The notes under the pieces were generated by a model. It had not been told where the DNA came from. It saw only the letters and a list, made by a program, of their open reading frames with translations, and ran no database searches. From an uncultured Parcubacteria group bacterium (GTDB taxonomy: Bacteria > Patescibacteriota > Patescibacteriia > UBA9934 > CAMTUG01): DNA of 64,000 bases. Positions 56,851-64,000 of the stretch are shown here, in pieces (position 1 is the first letter of the stretch; each line of letters begins with the position of its first letter). The stretch is from the NCBI GenBank assembly GCA_947084965.1, contig CAMTUG010000001.1:147914-211913 (forward strand). The letters are read 5' to 3'. Made by a program: the position numbers and the translations under genes.

Positions 56851-56934
56851 GCGGTTCGGAGGGCACAAGTTAGCCCCAACGCGGAGCAGACTTCGACCAG
56901 CGACATTAAATGACTAAAAAGATGTCGCGGGTCG

Positions 56935-58983
56935 ATGTCTGCGGAGCGACGGGGCCCTCTAGTGAACAAAGGGAATTTCAGCTATAATTCGGGCATGTCT
57001 CACACTGCTGATTTTTTGCACCAGCACTCGGATCCTGTCCATAAACCCACTGGACGGCCGGTTTGGCCGTTTGTCTTGATGGGGGTACTCGGCCTCGTCG
57101 TTCTGTACCTGATCGTTGCCGCCCTCGGAGCGGGACGGGTGCTTGCTGCCTCGCTTGATGCCAAGGACGAAATTCGTTCTGCTCAAGAATCAGCCGCTGC
57201 GCTCGAATTTGAGGCGTCGCGTACGGCACTTGATCGAGCCAGGGATGATATTGATCGCGCTCAAGGTGGACTCATCTGGTTGCAGCCGTTGACGCTCCTT
57301 CCGTTTCTCGGCGATCAAGTTTCTGCGGTTGAACAAGTTTTGTCTGCAAGTGAGGAATTGATCCCCGCACTCACTGATGCGATTGCTATTGCCGAAGAGG
57401 TGGTGAGCGTTGTTGATCGTGCTCGCGAAATCGGAACGATCGACGTGGACGCAGAGGTGAGTTATCTAACGATGCCGGCTGATCTGCGCCGTGACCTGCT
57501 CAAAAAATTGCATCAATCCCTTCCCGAGTTTGAACGCATTCGCGCCCGGATCGCCATTGCCGAACAAGACGTCCTCGCTCTGAACGAATTGCATCTCGTC
57601 GGGCCGATCGCTGAAGCGATTGAGCCGTTTCGGATTCTCCTTCCTGAACTTGCCCAGACGATGGATCTACTGATCCCCGTTTCAGCCTTGCTTCCGGAGT
57701 TAGCTGGCACAGAAGATCCGTCGCGCTTCCTGCTCCTCTTTCAAAACAACGCTGAGTTGCGCCCGGGGGGTGGGTTTATTGGGACGATCGGTGAGTTGAC
57801 GATGAACAATGGATTGATTCAAACACTCACTTCGGAAGACGTTTATAATATTGATGGATTGGTCGAGGGGCGGGTCACGACCGCTGCACCTCCGCCATTC
57901 CCAAAATATCTCGGCGTGAATAATTGGTATTTGCGGGATGCCAACTGGTCGCCGGATTTTGCTGTTTCAGCAAGAAAGACGATCGAGTTGTACGACGCAG
58001 AGCGTGCCCTCATTGATCAGCCCGCTACGACGTATGACGGTGTGATCGGTTTTACTCCGACGTATGCTTCCGCGCTCCTTAAAATCGTCGGGCCGATTAC
58101 GATTGAAGATCAGACGTTCACCGCCGAAAACATCATCGACACCCTTGAGTATCAGGTCGAGCTCGGATTTTTAGAGTCCGGGTTGCCCCGTTCGCAACGC
58201 AAAGATGTTGTTGGTCATCTCATGGCCGAAGTCGTGGCACGTCTTCTGTCGATGCCGCTCTCAAATTGGCCGACGCTGATCGAAGCGACGCTCACGGCGC
58301 AGAGCGAAAAACAGCTCCTTGTGATGATGATCGATTCCGAATCCCAAGCGATTGTCGAAAAGGCGGGATGGGGTGGAACGCTGCATCCGAACGAGCTCGA
58401 TACGCTGTTGGTCGTCGATGCCAACCTGGCGAGTTTGAAAACGGATCCGGTCGTGGATCGTCAGATCAGCTACCGTGTTCGTCAGAACGACGAAGGTCGT
58501 CTGGTGGCGAATGTGGAGATCACCTACACCCACACCGGCAATTTTGATTGGAAGACGACCCGTTACCGAACGTACACGCGTGTTTACGTTCCGCTTGGGA
58601 GTGAATTGATTCGCACCCAAGGATTGCTCGCTAATGACAAACTAAAGAATCCGTCACTGGCCGCTGGTACCCCGGACGTCTTTACTGATCTTGGCTACAC
58701 GGTTTTTGCCGGGTTTACTTCGATCGAACCGGGGGAAATTGGGACGATCTCTTTCAGCTACTATCTGCCGGATAAGATCGCTGAGATGGTCACTTCGGGT
58801 CGATATGGATTGGACATTATTAAACAGCCAGGAGCGGCCAATCATGATTTGACGGTCGATGTTGATTTTGGTACACCGATTGTCTTCGCCTCGCCCGCAG
58901 AAGATGTTTCGCAATACGGCGACACACGGTATCTCTTGAACACTATTTTAGATCACAATAAGGGGGTTGTGGTAAGATTCTGA
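56935..58983 (+). CDS. DUF4012 domain protein (cell-envelope associated)
   Basis: N-terminal TM. Hallmark LLLFQNNAELRPGGGFIGTIGEL. Confidence 0.7.
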   Translation: MSAERRGPLVNKGNFSYNSGMSHTADFLHQHSDPVHKPTGRPVWPFVLMGVLGLVVLYLIVAALGAGRVLAASLDAKDEIRSAQESAAALEFEASRTALDRARDDIDRAQGGLIWLQPLTLLPFLGDQVSAVEQVLSASEELIPALTDAIAIAEEVVSVVDRAREIGTIDVDAEVSYLTMPADLRRDLLKKLHQSLPEFERIRARIAIAEQDVLALNELHLVGPIAEAIEPFRILLPELAQTMDLLIPVSALLPELAGTEDPSRFLLLFQNNAELRPGGGFIGTIGELTMNNGLIQTLTSEDVYNIDGLVEGRVTTAAPPPFPKYLGVNNWYLRDANWSPDFAVSARKTIELYDAERALIDQPATTYDGVIGFTPTYASALLKIVGPITIEDQTFTAENIIDTLEYQVELGFLESGLPRSQRKDVVGHLMAEVVARLLSMPLSNWPTLIEATLTAQSEKQLLVMMIDSESQAIVEKAGWGGTLHPNELDTLLVVDANLASLKTDPVVDRQISYRVRQNDEGRLVANVEITYTHTGNFDWKTTRYRTYTRVYVPLGSELIRTQGLLANDKLKNPSLAAGTPDVFTDLGYTVFAGFTSIEPGEIGTISFSYYLPDKIAEMVTSGRYGLDIIKQPGAANHDLTVDVDFGTPIVFASPAEDVSQYGDTRYLLNTILDHNKGVVVRF

Positions 58984-58988
58984 CCCTT

Positions 58989-59993
58989 ATGTTCTCCAAA
59001 AAAATCGCCATCGACCTCGGAACCACGACCGTGCTGGTGTACATGCCCAAGCGCGGTATTATTATCCATGAACCGTCGGTCGTGGCTATTTCAACGATCG
59101 ATAAAAAAGTGTTGGCCGTAGGGAAAGAAGCCAAAGACATGCTCGGTCGCACTCCAGACACGATCGTGGCCAAGCGGCCGCTCAAAGACGGGGTGATTGC
59201 TGACTACAAAACAACCGAAGCGATGCTCCGTTATTTTATTAACAAAGCGCTCGGGGGGATCCGCTTGTTCCGTCCAGAAGTGATGGTCGCTGTTCCTGGC
59301 GGGATCACCTCGACCGAGCGCCGTGCAGTGATCGATGCTGCAGTTTCGGCTGGAGCCAAAGCGGCCTACATCATCAAAGAACCGATCGTCGCCGCGATCG
59401 GCGCTAACATTCCGATCGGCTCACCGAGCGGACATATGGTGATCGACATTGGTGGTGGGACGGCCGAGATGGCGGTGCTTTCGCTCGGGGGGATCGTCTC
59501 TTCTGCTTCCGTGCGCATCGGCGGGGTCAAAATTGACGCCGCGATTCAGGAATTCATTCGCCGCAAGTATGGGTTGGCGATTGGCGAGCGCACTAGCGAA
59601 GAGATTAAGATCAAAATTGGTTCAGCGATGTACCTGCCCGAAAAGATGACGCTTGAAATCAAAGGCCGCGACATGATTAGCGGTTTGCCAAAGTTTTTAG
59701 AAGTCACAAGTGACGATGTGACCGAAGCGATTCAAAACGAACTTGAGGGGATTATTGCGACGGTGAAAGAAGTGTTGCACAAAACGCCGCCGGAACTGTC
59801 TGCGGACGTGATGGACAAGGGGATCGTGCTGACCGGGGGATCATCACAGCTGCGTAATTTGGATCAGCTGATCGCCGAAGCGACCGGCGTGCCGACCTAC
59901 GTCGCGGATGAACCGCAGATGTGCGTGGCTAAGGGAACGGGGATCGCGCTCGAAAATTTGGAAGCGTACAAGCGAAGTGTATTTAGCTCTTAA
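58989..59993 (+). CDS. mreB: rod-shape determining actin homologue MreB
   Basis: IAIDLGTTTVLVY...EPSVVA... DGVIAD... GGGTAE are actin-fold phosphate/adenosine motifs. Confidence 0.9.
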   Translation: MFSKKIAIDLGTTTVLVYMPKRGIIIHEPSVVAISTIDKKVLAVGKEAKDMLGRTPDTIVAKRPLKDGVIADYKTTEAMLRYFINKALGGIRLFRPEVMVAVPGGITSTERRAVIDAAVSAGAKAAYIIKEPIVAAIGANIPIGSPSGHMVIDIGGGTAEMAVLSLGGIVSSASVRIGGVKIDAAIQEFIRRKYGLAIGERTSEEIKIKIGSAMYLPEKMTLEIKGRDMISGLPKFLEVTSDDVTEAIQNELEGIIATVKEVLHKTPPELSADVMDKGIVLTGGSSQLRNLDQLIAEATGVPTYVADEPQMCVAKGTGIALENLEAYKRSVFSS

Positions 59994-60112
59994 ATTCGAA
60001 ATACGAAATTCGAAATTCGAAATAAACTCGAATCGAAAATGGGAAGTTTGAAAATTTTCACTCCTTCCTCTTTTCCGATTGTTTCGGATCTCGGATTTCG
60101 AATTTCGTATTT
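59994..60112. repeat. AT-rich long palindromic repeat, family A, copy 5
   Basis: TAAATTCGAAATACGAAATTCGAAATTCGAAATAAACTCGAATCGAAAATGGGAAGTTTGAAAA ... TTTTCCGATTGTTTCGGATCTCGGATTTCGAATTTCGTATTTAT. Confidence 0.75.
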
Positions 60113-61156
60113 ATGACCACCTTTGGTATAGAAGTCAATCCTGCATCCCGCGAGCAGAAGACGGGGACCGAGTGGTACACCGTTAAGCTGGTCGAAGCGA
60201 TGCAAAAGCAGGTGCGTCCTGGCGACGAGGTACGGTTGTATTCGCGTGAGAATTTGAAATGGCCGTTCAAGCGATTATGGACTCAGCTTCGGTTGAGTTG
60301 GGAAATGCTCCGTCGTCCACCGGATGTGTTGTTCGTGCCGGCCCACGCCGTGCCGCGTGTGCATCCGAAAAAAACGGTGACGACCGTTCATGACCTAGGG
60401 TTTAAACGGTTTCCTCATTTGTATGAATCAAAGGCGCGTCGCTATTTAGAAGCGACGACCAAGTTTGCGGTAAAGAAGTGTGCAAGAATTATCACACCGT
60501 CGGAGTTTACAAAGCACGAGTTGGTCGAGTTGTATCACGCCGATCCGGACAAGATTGTCGTCACTCCGCTCGCCCCGATCATGTCTCCGCTTACCACTAA
60601 CCAATTACCACTTTCCCATACCTTTCTGACAATGTCGCGCATCGAGTCAAAAAAGAATATCGCCGCACTTATCCGCGCCTTTGAGATTTTTAAGGAGCGC
60701 CGTGGGGTAGGGGATCCGTTCGAGTTGTATCTTGCCGGCAAACCAGGATTTGGCTACGGCGCGATCAAACAGTTGATCGATCGTTCACCAGCACGGGCGT
60801 CGATTAAGGAACTCGGTTTTGTGACCGATGAACAGGCCCGCAATCTTTTTGCGAGTGCCTATGCCTATGTCTATCCTTCTTGGTACGAGGGATTTGGAAT
60901 CAGCGCCGTCGACGCCATGCAATTTGGGACGCCGATCATCGCCAGCAACATTCCAGCGCTGCACGAAGCCGCGGGCGAAGCAGCGGTGTATTTTGATCCC
61001 AACTCACCGCAAGAACTCGCTCGGCACATGTCCGAGCTGGCAGATAATCCAACGCTGCGCAATGAACTTGCACAAAAGTCTCTTGTCCAAGTCGCCCAGT
61101 TTTCTTGGGAAAAAACAGCAGAGCAGACGTGGGGAGTTTTACGTTCGTTGACTTAA
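60113..61156 (+). CDS. family-1 (GT4) glycosyltransferase
   Basis: C-terminal ...YPSWYEGFGISAVDAMQFGTPIIAS... is the EX7E GT4 signature. Confidence 0.8.
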   Translation: MTTFGIEVNPASREQKTGTEWYTVKLVEAMQKQVRPGDEVRLYSRENLKWPFKRLWTQLRLSWEMLRRPPDVLFVPAHAVPRVHPKKTVTTVHDLGFKRFPHLYESKARRYLEATTKFAVKKCARIITPSEFTKHELVELYHADPDKIVVTPLAPIMSPLTTNQLPLSHTFLTMSRIESKKNIAALIRAFEIFKERRGVGDPFELYLAGKPGFGYGAIKQLIDRSPARASIKELGFVTDEQARNLFASAYAYVYPSWYEGFGISAVDAMQFGTPIIASNIPALHEAAGEAAVYFDPNSPQELARHMSELADNPTLRNELAQKSLVQVAQFSWEKTAEQTWGVLRSLT

Positions 61157-61295
61157 ATTCGAAATACGAAATCCGAAATACGAAACAAATTCGAACTGGA
61201 AAAGGGAAGTTTGCAAACGTTCTCCCGTTTCCTTTTTCCGATTGTTTCGTATTTCGATATTCGGATTTCGTATTTTCCTGCTATACTAAACCTAT
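61157..61295. repeat. AT-rich long palindromic repeat, family A, copy 6
   Basis: TAAATTCGAAATACGAAATCCGAAATACGAAACAAATTCGAACTGGAAAAGGGAAGTTTGCAAA ... TTTTTCCGATTGTTTCGTATTTCGATATTCGGATTTCGTATTTTCC. Confidence 0.75.
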
Positions 61296-62066
61296 ATGGA
61301 TCAACTGACACGCGAACTGACGCATCTCGGTCTCAGTGAAAAAGAGGCGGCGGTGTATGTGGCGGCATTGCAACTCGGGCCGTCGCCGGTGCAAGAGATT
61401 TCTAAGCACGCCAAAGTCAATCGGGCGACGACCTATGTGATGATCGAAACGTTGATTCTGCGTGGACTGATTTCGAGCACGCAAAAAGACAAGAAGCGCA
61501 TCTTCATCGCCGAAGCGCCAGACCGTTTGCTCGCCATCATGCGTCTGCAAAAAAAGGAGCTGGAGGAAAAAGAATCCGAGTTGGCAAAAGTCCTTCCGAA
61601 GCTCAACGCCCTGTTTAATCGATCAGGAGAAAAGCCGGAGGTGCGCTATTTGGAAGGCCGCGAAGGGCTAGAGATGTTGCGTCGTCATTTTGAGGAATTG
61701 CAGGGCGAAACGGTGCAGATCATCGGGTATGACGCGTTTACAAAAGTGATGGAGCACGAAACGACGCATAAGCATCGTCAAGTGTTAAAAAAGAAACGTG
61801 CCCCGATTCGAGCGATTTTGGTCAGTACTCGGAGCCGTGCGGATTTGGATCCGCAGTTTCAAGAAACGCTCGGTGAGGTCTTTGAGTACCGCGTCGTTCA
61901 TCCAAAAGATTTTCCGTTCAAAGTTGAAGGGGAGGTGACGATTCGCGCGGACAAAATTCATATGTTCACCTACGCGGTTACGCCGCTGGCGGTAGAAATT
62001 CGCTCATCGGTGTTGGCAGATGCTTTGCGCGGAATGTTCGAACTTGCTTGGAAGGCCGCTAAATAA
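61296..62066 (+). CDS. TrmB-family transcriptional regulator
   Basis: N-terminal LGLSEKEAAVYVAALQLGPSPVQEISKHAKVNRATTYVMIETL wHTH plus a TrmB-like C-domain. Confidence 0.7.
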   Translation: MDQLTRELTHLGLSEKEAAVYVAALQLGPSPVQEISKHAKVNRATTYVMIETLILRGLISSTQKDKKRIFIAEAPDRLLAIMRLQKKELEEKESELAKVLPKLNALFNRSGEKPEVRYLEGREGLEMLRRHFEELQGETVQIIGYDAFTKVMEHETTHKHRQVLKKKRAPIRAILVSTRSRADLDPQFQETLGEVFEYRVVHPKDFPFKVEGEVTIRADKIHMFTYAVTPLAVEIRSSVLADALRGMFELAWKAAK

Positions 62067-62890
62067 CTTCGAAGGCCCCACCGAGTGAGGTGAGGCCTGT
62101 GGTCGCGGACGCGGTCGTGCGTCGTCAGTGCTCGAGGACCCCCTCGCCCGTTTCTGGTCCTTGCCAGATCTGCCACCCTGGCATCCGTTTGCGCACGATC
62201 GGCCGTGCGACGTCCTTTTTCCCGTAGCCGGGAAAGGATTGTGGAGACGAATCGGGAGCGGCGGCTCCGTTGTCTCCGAAGCGGATGCGCGGGGTGGGGA
62301 TTCGGGGCGGACTGGCGGCGAGCATGACGACCTCTTAATGGCCACTTCAGACAGGAACTGTGGCCTCACCATGGGTCGAGATGACCCAATGGGACCTGAC
62401 AAGGTAGCAAGGAATTTCGGCCGTGTCAAGCTTTCGTGACAGGAAAAGTGAAAAATTAAAGGATATAAAGGAGAAAAAATGCAATCGTGTTTGGAGATAT
62501 TGACAATCTCCCTTTAATCGTGATAGCTTCATCGGTCCCGCAAGGGGCACCGCGTTTGGCCTTAAATCCAAACGTTGGGGAGCTCAAGGCCCGCCGCAAG
62601 GCGGGTTTTGTGTTGAAAAGCAAAAGCCTCTGCTGGGGAGAACAGAGGTTTTTGCATTCTCAGAGACAACGAAGTGGTCTTCGTTCTCTCATTCGAGCCG
62701 CCGTTTGAAGTGATCAGTGGTACCGGCTTCTGAAGCCGGTACCAGGACTGGATGTTTATGATTTTTCCTCCACACAACGCGCGAGTACTTGTTACCGGCT
62801 CCGGGAGCCGGTAACGGGTGATTCGTGCATTCTGTGGAGGAGGGGACGAGCCGTAGTGCCCGTCCCGCTCCAACGTGGGTGTGGTCTTGT

Positions 62891-63955
62891 TCAGTTCACG
62901 AGGGCCTCCTCGACTTTCGACGCCGAGATGGACACCTTGGTCATCCACTCGGCACCGAGCTTCGCCTTCAGCACCGCCTTGAGGTCCGCCACCGTCGTCG
63001 GCTTGATGAGGCCGAAGTTGACGATGCCGAGCTCCTCGAGGAGGGTCACGACCTTGCGGACCTTGCGGCCGGAGTCGAGCTTGCTCCAGGGGAACATGAT
63101 CGTCTGCGCCTTGGGGGCCTCGACGACCACTTCGGGGGTCGGGGGTTCGACGATCGGCTCCGGCGCGATCTCCTCGGCCTCGGTCTGCACCTCCTCGGTG
63201 ATGGCCTCGACCTCGTCGGTCGGGGCCGGGTTGGGGTTGATCTCCGGCTCGGGCGCCGGCGCCTGCTCCGCGGCCGGCGGGGCGTCGGTGGCCTCGTTCG
63301 CCGCGGCCGGGGCGTTGTTCTCGACGGTCGGGGCCGCGACCTTCTGGTCGTAGTACCCGGCAGCCTTGCGGATGCCGTGGCACTCCTGGCAGAAGATCGG
63401 CTTGCTCTTGTCGAGCTTGTTTTTCGACGCCGCCAGCCCCCCGCAGTCGCTGCAGTGGTAGTGGAAGTGCTGCTTGCGATCGTAGGTGCAGCACTTGCGG
63501 TAGTCCTGCGTCGGCGGGATCATCTGCTCGAACGACCACGGGACCGGCGCGGGGATCTTCTTCACCGTGCGCACGTACTCGCACTTCGCCCACTCCGCCT
63601 CGAGCTCGGCCATTCGCTCCTGCCGGGCCTCCTCGTAGTCGTCCTCGTAGTCCTCCAGCTCCTCCACGGTGTACTGGTGGACCTCACCGCCGTCGAACCC
63701 CTGCCACGGGTCCTCGTCCGCCTCGAGCACGATCGTGATCGTCGTGCGGTCGAAGTCCTCGCTGTCGTCGTCCCACTTCGACTGCACGTAGGTGATGGAC
63801 TCGATCTCGTCCACCTCGTCCTCCGTGCTCGGCTCGCGGTTCACGGCGTCGCGGATCCGCAGGCCGCCGAGGGTGTTGTCCATGTCCGCCGGGTCGAGGT
63901 TGTGGGCCTCGAGGTAGGCGATCATGGCCTGGGACAGCTTGGGGCGGCGGGCCAC
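62891..63955 (-). CDS. hypothetical acidic protein with Cys/His cluster (high-GC islet 5); may continue beyond the window
   Basis: Long GC-rich ORF. D/E-rich N-half, CCTYDRKQHFHYHCSDCGG...CQECHG metal-binding-like cluster, A/P/E-rich linker. Confidence 0.45.
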   Translation of the reverse strand: MARRPKLSQAMIAYLEAHNLDPADMDNTLGGLRIRDAVNREPSTEDEVDEIESITYVQSKWDDDSEDFDRTTITIVLEADEDPWQGFDGGEVHQYTVEELEDYEDDYEEARQERMAELEAEWAKCEYVRTVKKIPAPVPWSFEQMIPPTQDYRKCCTYDRKQHFHYHCSDCGGLAASKNKLDKSKPIFCQECHGIRKAAGYYDQKVAAPTVENNAPAAANEATDAPPAAEQAPAPEPEINPNPAPTDEVEAITEEVQTEAEEIAPEPIVEPPTPEVVVEAPKAQTIMFPWSKLDSGRKVRKVVTLLEELGIVNFGLIKPTTVADLKAVLKAKLGAEWMTKVSISASKVEEALVN

Positions 63956-64000
63956 GCCCTTCCAGTAGTGGGCGCGGTTGCCGCCCGGGGTCTTCTCGGC

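Noticed and set aside
62479-62517. MQSCLEILTISL mini-ORF as an amino-acid-operon leader peptide
   Set aside because: No run of regulatory codons and no downstream plus-strand biosynthetic gene. Kept only as part of the hairpin-rich region finding.

Overview
This is about 64 kb of bacterial chromosome with moderate G+C, roughly 50% judged by eye. The gene content (rpsB-tsf, a gap-ndh-pgk-eno-gpmI glycolytic cluster, a small ribosomal set, many hypothetical membrane proteins) fits a small-genome, possibly Patescibacteria/CPR-like organism; that placement is inference only.

Recognisable housekeeping genes: a SEDS protein (FtsW/RodA), L25, prfA-prmC, L31, queA, rpsB-tsf, gap-ndh-pgk-eno-gpmI, a PAP2 phosphatase, a mannose-1-P guanylyltransferase, mltG, UvrD/PcrA, a lexA-orf-orf-dinB SOS operon, metK, an MFS transporter, a cyclophilin, xseA-xseB, pyrH, rplJ-rplL with one tRNA upstream, mreB, and GT2/GT4 glycosyltransferases.

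Beyond the core genes:
1. An AT-richer accessory island at about 30.96-36.7 kb, right next to lexA-dinB. It encodes a membrane-anchored Mrr-like nuclease, an overlapping MazG-like NTP pyrophosphohydrolase + DUF2075 (Schlafen-like P-loop ATPase/nuclease) pair, and an unknown two-gene operon (331 aa + 67 aa Cys-rich). That operon is transcribed divergently from an XRE-HTH/ImmA-IrrE metallopeptidase pair, which resembles a CapH/CapP-type regulator.
2. At least five short high-GC islets, each carrying unknown ORFs on the minus strand.
3. Three families of extragenic palindromic repeats.
4. A GC-rich non-coding stretch of about 450 nt between rpmE and queA that looks like a structured RNA gene.
5. 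A tRNA with an anomalous anticodon arm.

No CRISPR array, integrase or transposase was seen. All calls come from reading the six-frame translations and motifs by eye; no database searches were run.
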